Below are positions 20,147-30,832 of a DNA stretch of 64,000 bases, one piece after another; position 1 is the first letter of the stretch; every line of letters begins with the position of its first letter. This DNA comes from a virus. The stretch lies in IMG/VR virus record IMGVR_UViG_3300032261_000561; one strand, given 5' to 3'. Both the position numbers and the translations under genes were made by a program. The notes under the pieces are model-generated. The model was not told the origin of the DNA. It was given only the letters and a program-made list of their open reading frames with translations, and did not search any database.

Positions 20147-21606
20147 ACTGTTCCCTTCCGTTGCACAGGTTTTCGTGGATCACCCCGCAGTCGGGGCACT
20201 GGTGGATGTAGGTGCTCACCGCGTCATCCCCGGGGGGTAGGCGGGATGGCCGTCCCCGTGCGGCGGGGCGTCCCGGCAACCCAGGCTGGGGCGGTCGTGC
20301 GAGCGGTGACACCACTGGCACCGGGTGGGGTCGTCGTCCCGGTACTGACATTGGTTGCGGTGATTCCTGCAGCGCTCCCTGGTCTTTCTCGGCGGCAAGC
20401 CGGGCGGATCCCACGGGCGGGTCACCGGGCGCTCTGCGGCCTGTCTGACGGTCACGCCCACCCCAGCTCGACCAGACGCGCGATGCCGTCGTCGGCGACC
20501 TCCTTGGCCTGGGTGCTGTCGAACACGATCGAGCCGGTGCCACCGACCCAGCACGTCGACCCCGCGCCCACCACCTGATACATCAGCTCGGTGACGTTCT
20601 CGGCATCGGCGAAGCGGTTCAGGATCATTCGGACAGGCTCACCGCCCCAGCTCCTCGATCACGATGGCGTCCCCGAGGGGGTGCTCTTGTACCAGTGGTG
20701 CTCGCAGAGGTATTGCTCGCGGTCCTCGGGGTAGCACACACAACCCTTGCTCATGATGACGCGCACGGTGGCGGGTCCATCACCGAATCGGCACTGGGCC
20801 ACTGCCATACACCGGCCTTTCGGGTCTCGCACAGCCAGGAGTGCCGGGCAGGTACGGGCACTTCCCCATCTCGCCACATGTCGGGCAGGGGTCCATCCCC
20901 AGGTGCTCGTCGCAGCGGCTGCGCTGCTCCCAGTTGCCCAAGCCGGGACCGTCCCCGGTCCAACGTCCGAAGGCACTGGTGGCCTGGTTGGGACAGTCGC
21001 CATAGCCACAGCGGCCAGGGAACGGGCGACCGTCCCAGAGTGCGGGCCTGCGCTCTTCACTCACTGCCATATCACCTGCGCCTCCCTGTTCGAGTGCGCC
21101 CAGCCCTGGTGAGGTTCATCGGTGCTCCCGATGCGGCTGGCCATGATTGTCGGCCGCCGCGTCGTCGGCCCGCCAGAAGCGCTCTTTGGCCAGCTCGTAG
21201 ATCTTGTCGGTGGGCGGCCATATCGCAGGGGGGTCAATGCCGGTGTGCGCTTGCAGCTGGCGCACCTTGAGTTCCAACAGACCCACCTCGATGCCGGTCT
21301 GCCGGATCAGCTGGTCGATGCGCTCGTGCAGGTAGGCCAGCTCATCAGAAATGCTCATGGCGCCCAATCAGCTCACCGCCCTCGGTCGGCCGTGGCGCAC
21401 CACGTTGACCCCCAGCGTGGACAGCAGGGCGACCAACAGCTTGGGCGGGGGATGGCCGGAGAGCGTGTGCGCCTCGTTCTGCTTGACCCACAGCACAAAC
21501 TCGCTCAGGTGTCTGGTGGCCGAGGCGACGGTGTCCTCGTCGATGCCGTTGCGCCGCAGGATGGCCGCGATCGCCTCCTCCTCCTCCATCGGCAGAAAGG
21601 CGCTCA

Positions 21607-21750
21607 TCAGGCTGCCTTCTTGCGCTCGGCCCAGCCGATGGAAAGCAGCATGCCTTGGGCGACCTGGCGCCGGGGACCTTTGGTCTTGGCCACCGGCTCC
21701 AAGACCTCGCGAAGCAGCTCGATACGCTCCGGTGTCAGATTCATCTCCAT
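21607..21750 (-). CDS. small hypothetical protein (47 aa)
   Basis: MEMNLTPERIELLREVLE...; GGAGACACAC RBS; first gene after the promoter at 21792-21817. Confidence 0.7.
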   Translation of the reverse strand: MEMNLTPERIELLREVLEPVAKTKGPRRQVAQGMLLSIGWAERKKAA

Positions 21751-21791
21751 GTGTGTCTCCTTGGGTAGTTCTCGGGTGTGTCACCTTCTGG

Positions 21792-21817
21792 AACAATTTA
21801 CCAGCCAAGTATATTCC
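21792..21817 (-). promoter_or_regulatory. SigH/SigE-type promoter GGAAT-N18-GTT with internal operator-like palindrome
   Basis: GGAATATACTTGGCTGGTAAATTGTT. Confidence 0.6.
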
Positions 21818-22018
21818 GGTAAGTCACGCCGGATACGCCAGGAGAACAGGCTGGTCCATTCGATCCAGCTGTTGCTGCCCATAGCGAGCACGGGGCGATC
21901 AACCCAGCGCGAATCGCGTGGGCCCTCTGGCTTGCTGTGGATGCTCATTCGGTGTCCAGCACCTTCTCACCCACCCGGGGGACGGGGAACTGCCGCCCGC
22001 ACATGGTGCACTGCGCCT

Positions 22019-22543
22019 TCACAGCGGTGGTCCCATCAGCTCGCCGTAGTTGAAGTCCTGCCCCATCACATCCTGGATGGTGACCTGCGGGCCGTGGGCG
22101 CCGTGGAACTCCCCGCGCCAGATGTGGCAGTACTTGACCACGGTGGCGTCGGGACGACCTTTGACGAAAGGAATGGCACGCGGTGTGGGACGCCACCAGC
22201 CGTTGCGGTAGCTGCCGTCCTCGCGCATCCCGGGCATCGGCTCGATGAGATCCCAGGCGGGATAACGCAGCTTGGCGAAATCCCCGCCGCCGGTGCCCCG
22301 GTCTCTCAGCCGCGCCGCCAGCGGGGGGACCTCCACCCAGCTCTCGCCGTTGCGCTCGAAGTACCACACCACCGCCACCAGCAGGGTGCCCATCGCGCGG
22401 GTGATGGTGCGGTTGACGTACTCCTTGTCCAGCTTGGAGCAGGCCGGGCAGATCTTGCCCTCGGGGCAGGGATCGTTGAGCCACTCGGTGGCATCCGAGA
22501 GCGAATCGTTGTCGGGATCGAAGTGAAACGGACCGTGGGTCAT
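22019..22543 (-). CDS. hypothetical DNA-binding-like protein
   Basis: CPAC Zn knuckle; GGDFAKLRY..W.LIE...G.W..T pattern. Confidence 0.65.
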   Translation of the reverse strand: MTHGPFHFDPDNDSLSDATEWLNDPCPEGKICPACSKLDKEYVNRTITRAMGTLLVAVVWYFERNGESWVEVPPLAARLRDRGTGGGDFAKLRYPAWDLIEPMPGMREDGSYRNGWWRPTPRAIPFVKGRPDATVVKYCHIWRGEFHGAHGPQVTIQDVMGQDFNYGELMGPPL

Positions 22544-23046
22544 CAGACCACCGCCACGATCAGCCGGAACAGCGCCCACCCGTAGAACACCAGGGCCACC
22601 GGCACGATGGCCGCGAGCAAGACCAGCGTGGCGCGGTAGTCGGCGCGGGTGGTGTCGGTGAAGTTGTGCGGACCACCGTCGAAGCCGAACAGCCCGCGTT
22701 GCAGCTGGATGAGCAACTCATTCACTGGCTGTCCTCGTGATGCAGCTGGCAGCACTTCTTGGCCTCTTTCAGCGTGCGAACACCATAGCCCTCCCCGTCG
22801 GTGGGCCCGGGCCCGAAATCCAGGCAGGGACGCCAGGTGTCGTCCTGCGCCCAGCGCTCGGCGGGGAACCAGGGCCCGCCCCTGCTGTACTGCACGATGC
22901 GGTAGACGTAGCCTTCGCTGGCCGCCCAGTAGGTCTTCTCCGACGGGTTGCGCAGTCGCTCCGGCGGGATGCGCGTGAAGTGCAGCGGGGGCTCGTTGCG
23001 ATCGAACACGACCGGCCCGCCGTCATCGGCGCTCATATCAGCTCCA

Positions 23047-23478
23047 TCATTGGTCGTCGTCCTCCAACCCCCATCGGTTCTCGTTCTCGATCCCGCCGAC
23101 GTACTCGATCTCCCTGGCCTCCCACTGCTGGGCGCGTGCCTTGGCCGCGTCCAGGTCAGCGAAGTGGGCCTCGGCCAGCTCACACGAATCAACCACCTCG
23201 GTGCCCTCGTCCTCCTCGACCTCGTTGCCCTCCTCGTCGAGGTAGTGGCCGGTGGGCATGTACGCCGACAGCGCCAGCCTGCTGACGTGGACGCCGTGGA
23301 CGTCGGTGTAGTCCAAGATGGTGTAGGTGCGGGCGCCCTCGATCGGGAAGATCACCACCCGGCTGCCGCCCCGGGTGAACGCGTGGCGGATGACCAGATC
23401 GGGGAAGTGCTCCATCGGGCTGTTCTCGGGCTTCCCCCATTTCAGCTGTTCGATCATCACGCCACCACCTCGTCGCAC
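23047..23478 (-). CDS. hypothetical protein
   Basis: ORF track. Confidence 0.6.
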   Translation of the reverse strand: MRRGGGVMIEQLKWGKPENSPMEHFPDLVIRHAFTRGGSRVVIFPIEGARTYTILDYTDVHGVHVSRLALSAYMPTGHYLDEEGNEVEEDEGTEVVDSCELAEAHFADLDAAKARAQQWEAREIEYVGGIENENRWGLEDDDQ

Positions 23479-23766
23479 TCGTCATCCCATTCCTGCACGT
23501 GATAGCCGGTTACATACGAGCTGGGCTGGGCCTTTTCCATGGCGTGGGCGAAGACCGTCGCCGCCAGCCAGCGGACGTCGTGGGCGATCTCGGTGGCGGG
23601 CAGGGAGGGGGTGTCGGCATGGTGGCGGGCCCGGTAGACGTCTAGGTCGACGTCCACGCTATAGCTGATCTTGACCCTCATCACGCCACCCCTTTACGCA
23701 GCTCTTCGAGCGTGGGTGGTTTCAGTTTTACTGCCATGTTGTGTGTCTCCTTGTGTGTGTCTGCTG

Positions 23767-24129
23767 CTATCTGATGAGCATGGAACAGAAGTAATCCGTC
23801 AGGGACCTGCTCGCGTTCCAGACGGCTTCCTCCGAGATAAGAGCCAGTTTTTTGGCCTGAGCCACCACCTCGTCGAATCCTTGGGACAGATACTCGCGCT
23901 CGGCGCCCGCCCATTGCTTGAGCTGACTCTCGTGACGCCGGGCATCCAAATGGGGATGAGAAATCCACACTCGCCCTGTCTGGCGTCCGTAAGCCAGGGC
24001 ATCACGACGATGCTGAGAGATGCGCGCCTGCGGCCGATTGGTGATGCCGATCTTGCAGCCTCGATCGAGGATCTCCACGACATACAGATATTTGGAGTCG
24101 TCGTATGGGGTCAGCTCACCACCACTCAC
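23767..24129 (-). CDS. GIY-YIG/T5orf172-like domain protein
   Basis: YLYVV...KIGITNRPQARISQH...E..L. Confidence 0.7.
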   Translation of the reverse strand: MSGGELTPYDDSKYLYVVEILDRGCKIGITNRPQARISQHRRDALAYGRQTGRVWISHPHLDARRHESQLKQWAGAEREYLSQGFDEVVAQAKKLALISEEAVWNASRSLTDYFCSMLIR

Positions 24130-24675
24130 GCGAAAACCTCCTTGGGGCTACCAGATCCAGTGCCTTCAGATTATCACAACATTAGAGGTACGTTAGAAGT
24201 CAACCGGGATGCCACCCTAGTGCTGGCGGGTGCTTAGCGTGCCAGGCACAGGCCCAGTGACCCAGCACCGCCCTGATCGCCGGGCGGCGGCACCAGTCGT
24301 GATCGAGGGCCTTCACCACCGCCCGGCAGCGATGCGTGGTTCTAGCCATGGGCGCCCGAGTAGCGGAGTTTCCCCCGGCAATCACCGCGTTGGTTCCCGG
24401 CTCCTCGCCGTGGGGACTCGGGCTTTCCAGATCAATTCGCATCGGGCACCCGTGCGAGTGTCCCAACGGATTCCAACCGCTCGGGCTCAAGCAGGTGCAT
24501 GGCCTCAGCGTCCTGGGATAAGCACTGCCGCACTCGCGAACATCCTCGCAGTCACAGATCTCATCCCTGTCGGCCTTGGCGCACCCGATTGTCGGGCTGA
24601 TCGGTCCATGCAGTCTCTCTTCATCCCACGCTTTCAGCACCTCTTCCAGCTGGGTGCCGTACACCTCGGCCAGAT

Positions 24676-25494
24676 TCATCGGCCTATCCTCGCCAGGCAC
24701 TGCGGATGTCCTCTCTCGCTGCTCGACTCGGGGTTGGAGGCCCAGCGCCACGCCTCGGCGGGCCCGTTGACGGTGCCGTCGTTGATCTCCTGGTGGCACC
24801 CGATGCAGACCTTGGAACCCAACGAGGGCACGCCCGCCTCGATTTTCTGTGGACCCAGGTACTCGCCGTGGCGGGTGTCTTCGAAGACGATGTTGCCGCC
24901 GCCGCCCGGGCGGAAATCGCGGGAGGATCCCTGCTGGGGGCCCAGCGGCACGCCCCAACCCGGGTTAGGGGCGGGGGTGTCGCCCACATGAATGGTGGTG
25001 CCCGGCTTGGCGTCGGCGCCGCCACCGGCCGCCCCATAGGTGGGCAGGGGCTCGCCGGTGCCCGCCTGCACGAACGTCTCGGTGGAACCCACACCCGCAC
25101 CGCCGGGTCCGACGATGGCGATCGGATTGCCTTCGCCGTCACGCAGGATGTTGTCGGCGGGGGCGCCGCCACCCATCGTCACGGGTGGCTGGCGGATCCC
25201 GTAATCGGGCTGTTGGCCGGAACCACCGCCGCCCATGTGCATGCCGGTCATGCGGGCACGGATCTCGGCGGCCGTCTCCCCGCGCTGTCCCTGGTGGATG
25301 GTGGTCACCCCGTCGGGGGCGGTACTGGTCACCTTGGTGGCGCACAGATCGCAACGGATCGAGCCGTCAGCCCCCCACAGCCAGCCGAACGGTTTGTACC
25401 CGGCCACTGACCGCGAAATGTCGTCGACATCGACGCGGCGCACGGTGGCGCACGATTTGCAACGCCAGTCAATGCTGATGGATTCCATAATCAT
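24676..25494 (-). CDS. Gly-rich hypothetical protein with CxxC motifs
   Basis: CKSC, CDLC, CIGC flanking a low-complexity Gly/Pro core. Confidence 0.65.
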   Translation of the reverse strand: MIMESISIDWRCKSCATVRRVDVDDISRSVAGYKPFGWLWGADGSIRCDLCATKVTSTAPDGVTTIHQGQRGETAAEIRARMTGMHMGGGGSGQQPDYGIRQPPVTMGGGAPADNILRDGEGNPIAIVGPGGAGVGSTETFVQAGTGEPLPTYGAAGGGADAKPGTTIHVGDTPAPNPGWGVPLGPQQGSSRDFRPGGGGNIVFEDTRHGEYLGPQKIEAGVPSLGSKVCIGCHQEINDGTVNGPAEAWRWASNPESSSERGHPQCLARIGR

Positions 25495-26819
25495 TTTGTG
25501 TCTCCCGCTAAAAGTATTTTACGCTGCCATTCCAGAAACCGCTGGTCATCGGCGAATTTATGGGCGCCGAATCTCGCATTGAATTTCGCCACCTGCCCCC
25601 AGGTCAATTCTTCGTGGTCGGGCGCCCGATTCAGGGTCTCCGAACGCAAATGCTCCACCACCGAGGACGGCACCAGCATGGGCGCGGTGCCGTGCGCCCG
25701 CGCTTGCTCCACCACGACGTCATCGGAGCACCAGCCGGTGAAACCCTCGTCGAAGCCGCCGATCTCGTGCCAGAACTGGCGGCTGACCATGAAACACCAA
25801 CCTGACAGATGGGCGCCGGTGGTGTAGCCGGTGGTGTTCTCGGTGATGTCCTGCTGGCGCTCGTCGCCGGGGCATTTGGGGCTCATCACCGGGTGATCGG
25901 CGGCAAGCAGCTGGTGCAGCCAGCCGTCGCGGAAAATCAGATCGTTGTTGGCCACCATGATCCACGGGGCGAAACCCAGCGCCGCGCCCCGGTTGGCGAA
26001 GTGGTTGTAGTTGAACTCGTCGGAGGTGTACACGGTCTGGGCGTGCTGGTAGCGCACGCCTTCGCATTGCTCGATCACCACGATGTGCACCGGCAGCGAG
26101 TTGGCGCCGGAGATGCAGGTGTTGATGGTGGTCTGGGTCATCGCCTTCATCTTGGGGGTCTCGGCCTTGGAGCTGATCACCACATCGACCAACGGTGGGA
26201 TGTTGCGCATCCGCAGCGAGCCCGGCCGGGGGATCTGCGTCTCGGTGGTGTGCGGGGACCAATCGTAGAAGTACAGCACCTTAGGGATGTGGTGCTCGCT
26301 GGACAGGTGCGGCCGGATCAGCTGGCCGTACACCGCGTCCTCGCCGTAGACGACGTTGGGGAAACTGGCCCGCCGCGCGATGCTGCGTTTGACGGCGCAG
26401 ATGTGGTTGGGCAGCCGCTCATATTTATTGGGCAAGTTGCGGTTCTCCTGGAAACGAATGGAGTACTCGCACGGCTTGGGCTCCTCGCCATTCATGGAGA
26501 CTTCGACCAGAAATGTGATGACATCGGCCGGATCGACGTCGATGGCGCGCAGCAGCTCGGCGAACATATCCGGCGCAATGCGATCGTCGTCGTCGATGAA
26601 TTGCACATAGCGGCCTTGGGCCATATCGATCATGACATTGCGTTTCTCGCCCAGCATCATAGTTTTGGTGTCCGTCAACATCAGTATTTCCAGCCGAGCC
26701 TGATCCTGCTCGGGCAGGCTGTGGTACTGGGTCCAGAGCTGCTCTTGGATGGCTAGCCCGAAGGTGTTCCAGCGGGTGTGGGTTGAGCACACCAAGATAG
26801 AGAGATCGATGCCGCTCAT
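25491..26819 (-). CDS. tandem GT2 (GT-A fold) glycosyltransferase
   Basis: GEKRN..IDMAQGRYVQFIDDDD and GED in domain 1; FNY..N.GA, NND, IGGFDE.F..W.SDD in domain 2. Confidence 0.9.
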   Translation of the reverse strand: MSGIDLSILVCSTHTRWNTFGLAIQEQLWTQYHSLPEQDQARLEILMLTDTKTMMLGEKRNVMIDMAQGRYVQFIDDDDRIAPDMFAELLRAIDVDPADVITFLVEVSMNGEEPKPCEYSIRFQENRNLPNKYERLPNHICAVKRSIARRASFPNVVYGEDAVYGQLIRPHLSSEHHIPKVLYFYDWSPHTTETQIPRPGSLRMRNIPPLVDVVISSKAETPKMKAMTQTTINTCISGANSLPVHIVVIEQCEGVRYQHAQTVYTSDEFNYNHFANRGAALGFAPWIMVANNDLIFRDGWLHQLLAADHPVMSPKCPGDERQQDITENTTGYTTGAHLSGWCFMVSRQFWHEIGGFDEGFTGWCSDDVVVEQARAHGTAPMLVPSSVVEHLRSETLNRAPDHEELTWGQVAKFNARFGAHKFADDQRFLEWQRKILLAGDTK

Positions 26820-27445
26820 CCTTTGGTCACGATCACCATGTTGGGGTGGAAGGATACCGCCGCGATGTCGTCGTAGGCACCCACCGAGTAGTCCTGGGGG
26901 ATCATCCACGCATTGACCTGATCAGCCATCCGCTTGAACCACTGCATGGCGGTGCGTCCGTAGACGTTGGGCACCTGGGCCTCGGGGTTGGGATCGGCCT
27001 CGACGGGGTTGTCAGCGTAGTAGCTGGTCATCAGGTCTTCGACGATGTAGAAACCGTGCATCTTGAGCCTCGACCACCAGTTGATGAAGCTGGTGATGGT
27101 CTTCGAACTGAGGTGGCTGGCGTCGTCGATGATGACGTCGAAGGTGGCGTCCTGCAGGCCTGGGGGGATCTCGGCCTGGTCGCAGACATGGGTACACACC
27201 CGGTCACTGAAGCGCAGGCTGTCATAGGTGATGGCGCGATCAATGCCGTGGATTTGGGCGCCGGGGTGGGTGAAGTACTCGTCCCACATGGCCAGGCTGG
27301 CGCCCTTCCAGATGCCCAGCTCCAACAGGGAGATGGGCTGGTCGCGCCACGGGGTGAACAGCCGGTCGTAGATCCAGGTGTAATTATGCTCGGAACTGCT
27401 CTTGTCGGTCCCGTGTTGCAGCCCCAGCTCGTCCAGTGTCGCCAT
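26816..27445 (-). CDS. class I SAM-dependent (sugar O-) methyltransferase
   Basis: GTDKSS.HNY, LLELGIWKGASL, FDVIIDDASH, YIVEDL. Confidence 0.85.
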   Translation of the reverse strand: MATLDELGLQHGTDKSSSEHNYTWIYDRLFTPWRDQPISLLELGIWKGASLAMWDEYFTHPGAQIHGIDRAITYDSLRFSDRVCTHVCDQAEIPPGLQDATFDVIIDDASHLSSKTITSFINWWSRLKMHGFYIVEDLMTSYYADNPVEADPNPEAQVPNVYGRTAMQWFKRMADQVNAWMIPQDYSVGAYDDIAAVSFHPNMVIVTKG

Positions 27446-27589
27446 TCCCCTGTGCCTTATCGATCAGGGCGGCGTGGAAGGCGCAGTACCAATCCAGCCG
27501 ACCATGAAACGTGCGTAACGCGTCCCCTGGCTCTGAGCAGCGCGTATCTGAGCATAGTGCACCTGGCTGGTGTTTATCGGCATAGCTGC

Positions 27590-28054
27590 TCACTCGCTGC
27601 TGATCTCCTCATGCTTGGTCACCATCCCGATCGCGCGCAGCGTCTCGGCCACCGCGATCGCGCTGTTCTTGGACTCGCAGTGGGTGCGGATCGTGTAGGC
27701 GACCTCACCCTCGGTGACCGGCCACCCGGCCAGCACATAGACGCCGGGTATCGGGGTGGGCGGGGGAGGCTCGCACTCCCATTCATGCGCCTCGGCGGAC
27801 GCCACTGCCATCTCCCGCTCGGGATAGGCACCGACCGGGATCCAGCCGTGCTCGCGGTGGCGGGCCCAATGTTGCCACACCGGATCATCGGTGTGGGTGA
27901 GCAGGGCATGACAGTCTGCCGCCCACAGCTGGTCGAGGTGCTTGTAGACGAAGAAATGCCCATCGGGGCCTTCACGCCGGTGGGCCCTGATGTCGCGGCG
28001 CATCTGCTGGGCCAACAGCGAGGTCGGTGAATGCGGGGTCCACAGCAGGGTCAT
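27590..28054 (-). CDS. hypothetical protein
   Basis: ORF track; ATGA overlap. Confidence 0.6.
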   Translation of the reverse strand: MTLLWTPHSPTSLLAQQMRRDIRAHRREGPDGHFFVYKHLDQLWAADCHALLTHTDDPVWQHWARHREHGWIPVGAYPEREMAVASAEAHEWECEPPPPTPIPGVYVLAGWPVTEGEVAYTIRTHCESKNSAIAVAETLRAIGMVTKHEEISSE

Positions 28055-28788
28055 GCGGCAATCTGCGGCACCACCACATCCCCCTGAGCCGCGATGAGGC
28101 GCTGGTAGTCACTGAACGTGACATAAAACGAGCCGTTCTGGCCCCAGCTGGAACCCCAGCTGTTGCGGAATTTGAGCAGCTTGGTGACCGGGTTGAAGCC
28201 CAGCGCCAGATATTCGTGGCCACCGGCGATGTTGGAGTCGTCCAGACTGCCCACGATGACCAGGCCGGTGACCGGGTCGGCGTTCTCCATGTCATTGGTC
28301 CAAGCGGTGCCGACCACCACCGGCTGGGTGGCCAGGGCATGCAGCAGCATCTGGAAGCTGAAGGTGTGCTGGTAGTTGCGGACGTAGCCCAGCTGCTGAC
28401 AGGCCTTCACCCCGCCCAGGCCCGAGCTGCCGTCGTCATCGGGCGGGAAGAACCCGGTGGACGAATCGTGCAGCCCGTCCAGATGGGTGGCCAGCCCGTA
28501 GATGTTTAGCGCATCGCCCTCGGTGAACCACTCCTTGTGCAACCGCTGGCGCAGCGGGGCGGCATAACTGGTGTTGAGGAACTGCGCGAAACCATTGCCG
28601 ACGCAGCCGTTGTAGTTCATCTGGTTGAGCGCCGGGGCGTCCATCGCCCACTCCACCGGGTGGGTGGGCAGCGGTGCGGTGGGGGCGAAGGCATAGAGCA
28701 GGGATCGCGAATCGTGTTCAACGTGGCGGCCGAGGCCATGTGCGCGGTTGGGGTCGACGACATCGAGACGTACGACGTGCACGGTCAC
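28051..28788 (-). CDS. papain-like (C1) cysteine peptidase
   Basis: LNQ...GCVG (oxyanion Gln, catalytic Cys), GGHE (His), RNSWG.SWG.NG (Asn); GTG start with GAGGAG. Confidence 0.85.
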   Translation of the reverse strand: MTVHVVRLDVVDPNRAHGLGRHVEHDSRSLLYAFAPTAPLPTHPVEWAMDAPALNQMNYNGCVGNGFAQFLNTSYAAPLRQRLHKEWFTEGDALNIYGLATHLDGLHDSSTGFFPPDDDGSSGLGGVKACQQLGYVRNYQHTFSFQMLLHALATQPVVVGTAWTNDMENADPVTGLVIVGSLDDSNIAGGHEYLALGFNPVTKLLKFRNSWGSSWGQNGSFYVTFSDYQRLIAAQGDVVVPQIAA

Positions 28789-28924
28789 GTAGGCTCCTCG
28801 ATGGTGATCTCGGTCCATTCACAGTCGCGGCGCGGCAGCTGCTCGCCCATGATCTCTTTGGCTTCCTCGGGGCTTTCCGCTTCGATCTCCTCGGTGCCCC
28901 CGACGGCCCAGCCGACCAGGAACT

Positions 28925-29365
28925 TCATGTGATCACTTTGCGAATCGGGTCTTCGTAGAGCTGGCCACCACTGCCCGGGCGCACGTAACCGGCGATGCCG
29001 TCGGCCTGGCCGGTCACCACCTCATGGCGGTATCTATCGTGGTCGGTTTCGCTTTCGGGATCGGTGCGCGCGCAGATGGTCACGGTGGGCAGGTACATGT
29101 TGGTGGAGCTGCCATCGAGGTTGCGGGCCTCGTCCCAGGTGACGCTCACCAGAAAGCCCGCCTCACCGAACAAATCGACAGCGGCGCCGTGGAACTCGTC
29201 CATGGTGCGATCGTCGAAGCGAGTGTTCTCGAAGCGGGCCCGCAGGTCGCGGAATGCGCGGCGGATCTTCGGGATTTCGGAAGGATATGGTTCCGTATCT
29301 GGCAGGGGATCCGGCGCGGGATTGGGTTCGCTACCCAACCGGCGGACAGACTCGGGTCGTGTCAC
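28925..29365 (-). CDS. hypothetical protein
   Basis: ORF track. Confidence 0.65.
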   Translation of the reverse strand: MTRPESVRRLGSEPNPAPDPLPDTEPYPSEIPKIRRAFRDLRARFENTRFDDRTMDEFHGAAVDLFGEAGFLVSVTWDEARNLDGSSTNMYLPTVTICARTDPESETDHDRYRHEVVTGQADGIAGYVRPGSGGQLYEDPIRKVIT

Positions 29366-29400
29366 GTACCCAACCCTAACGCGGCGGGGGGCTTTCTGGG

Positions 29401-29577
29401 TTAAGTCTCGGCGTGCAACGCCACAATGATGCGACCCTTGCCGTCGGAGCCCTTCTCCACACTGACGTCGGCGGGCGTGTCCTCCCCCATCACCTGCCTA
29501 ACTTCTTCCCACCACGCGGTGGCCTCGTCCAATTTGCACGGGACTACGAGCTGCAAGGTGGTGTAAGTGTCGGCCAT
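29401..29577 (-). CDS. small hypothetical protein
   Basis: MADTYTTLQLVVP...; AAGGAG RBS. Confidence 0.6.
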   Translation of the reverse strand: MADTYTTLQLVVPCKLDEATAWWEEVRQVMGEDTPADVSVEKGSDGKGRIIVALHAET

Positions 29578-29593
29578 TTGGGACTCCTTGGGC

Positions 29594-29635
29594 ATTAAAG
29601 AGGCGTCCGAGGAGACACACAGTACTCGGACGCCT
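29594..29635 (-). ncRNA. candidate hairpin sRNA carrying an anti-GGAGACACAC loop
   Basis: Perfect 11-bp stem (29601-29611 / 29625-29635); minus-strand loop UACUGUGUGUCUC; TGtTACTGT extended -10 six nt upstream; CUUUAAU downstream. Confidence 0.5.
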
Positions 29636-29752
29636 AGGCCAACAGTAACAGCTGAAGATGTGCGGTGTGACGGCCCCAAAAACGACGTTATACTCTGTAG
29701 GTACATTAGAGCAAGATTGGAAGAGACACATAACCATGACCAAGGCCCCCTG

Positions 29753-30127
29753 ATGTCCATTGCCGACCTCATTCCCCCCGAATACCTCTGGTGCCGAGAC
29801 ATGAAGCACAGCTGGGATCCGGACAGCCTCGTCTCACGCGAACACTTCAACCGACGTGTCGAACGCTGGGAGATCTGGCGTAGTTTCCGCTGCCTGTTCT
29901 GCGGCGGGCACAAGACCCAGAAGCTGACCAAGGCCTACCAGCTGCTGGGCACCAGCTACGAGTACGCGCCCAACTACACCATCGACGGCGGTCCCGGCTA
30001 TCGACTCACGGCCGAGGATCGCGCCCAGATCAGGGCGCTGTCCACCGCGATACGCGGTGGGGTGGAGAAACCCAGCACCGAAGACCGCGCCGAAGCCCGC
30101 AAGACCACACCCAGGAAAAAGCCATGA
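29753..30127 (+). CDS. small Zn-binding hypothetical protein
   Basis: WCRDMKHSW...CLFCGG. Confidence 0.7.
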   Translation: MSIADLIPPEYLWCRDMKHSWDPDSLVSREHFNRRVERWEIWRSFRCLFCGGHKTQKLTKAYQLLGTSYEYAPNYTIDGGPGYRLTAEDRAQIRALSTAIRGGVEKPSTEDRAEARKTTPRKKP

Positions 30128-30549
30128 AGATCGAGATCAACCCCGCGACCGGACTCATCACCGCCGAGATCGAAGACAACAGCAGCGCGGCCTCCTTCGT
30201 GCGCGAGCTGCTGAGCGGCCACGCGGTCCCCGCGCCCAAGGCGATCGAATCCAAGCGGGTGGCCAAGCCTGCACCGAAGAAGCGTCGCCGCCGGAAACTG
30301 GCGCCGCCGCGCCCCGAGCGTCCGATCTCCAAGCCCCTCGATGAGACTTGGGCCTGGATGGCGGCTGCGGACCGGCCGGAGGGAATCACCGCCCGAGAAA
30401 TCGCGGGGGCGTTCGACCTCACCAACGCCGGTGCAACCTGGCGCATCAACAGGCTGATCGAGCGCGATATGGTGTGGTTGGTCAGCCGTGGACGCTACCG
30501 GGTGGGCTCGGCCCATGACGCCGAAGTCCTACTCAATGGCTCACGCTGA
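30124..30549 (+). CDS. winged-helix DNA-binding protein
   Basis: GITAREIAGAFDLTNAGATWRINRLIERDMVWLVSRGRY. Confidence 0.75.
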   Translation: MKIEINPATGLITAEIEDNSSAASFVRELLSGHAVPAPKAIESKRVAKPAPKKRRRRKLAPPRPERPISKPLDETWAWMAAADRPEGITAREIAGAFDLTNAGATWRINRLIERDMVWLVSRGRYRVGSAHDAEVLLNGSR

Positions 30550-30832
30550 GTGGACGAAGCGGGACTGTGGTGCCGACCAGGCATCCGTGTGATCGCACAT
30601 CTTCCTGGACTTGTTATTGCCCGCTAAGCCGTCGTTCTCAAAGAAGCATTTTCCCTCTCGCGGCACCTCGCTTAACACCTGTGAGGTTACCAGAACAATC
30701 CCACCGTGGAACCTTCCAGACTGGGTTTCAGGCTGACGCCGGTGGTTTTCTCGACATGCTGACAGAACGGCGTGCGCAGCCACAGCGCCCACCACAGGCT
30801 CAACGTCGGGAAGAACGTGGGGCCGTGCTCGG

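Noticed and set aside
30550-30832. Possible ncRNA in the convergent gap
   Set aside because: No convincing stable structure; may hold a short ORF and one operator-like site only.
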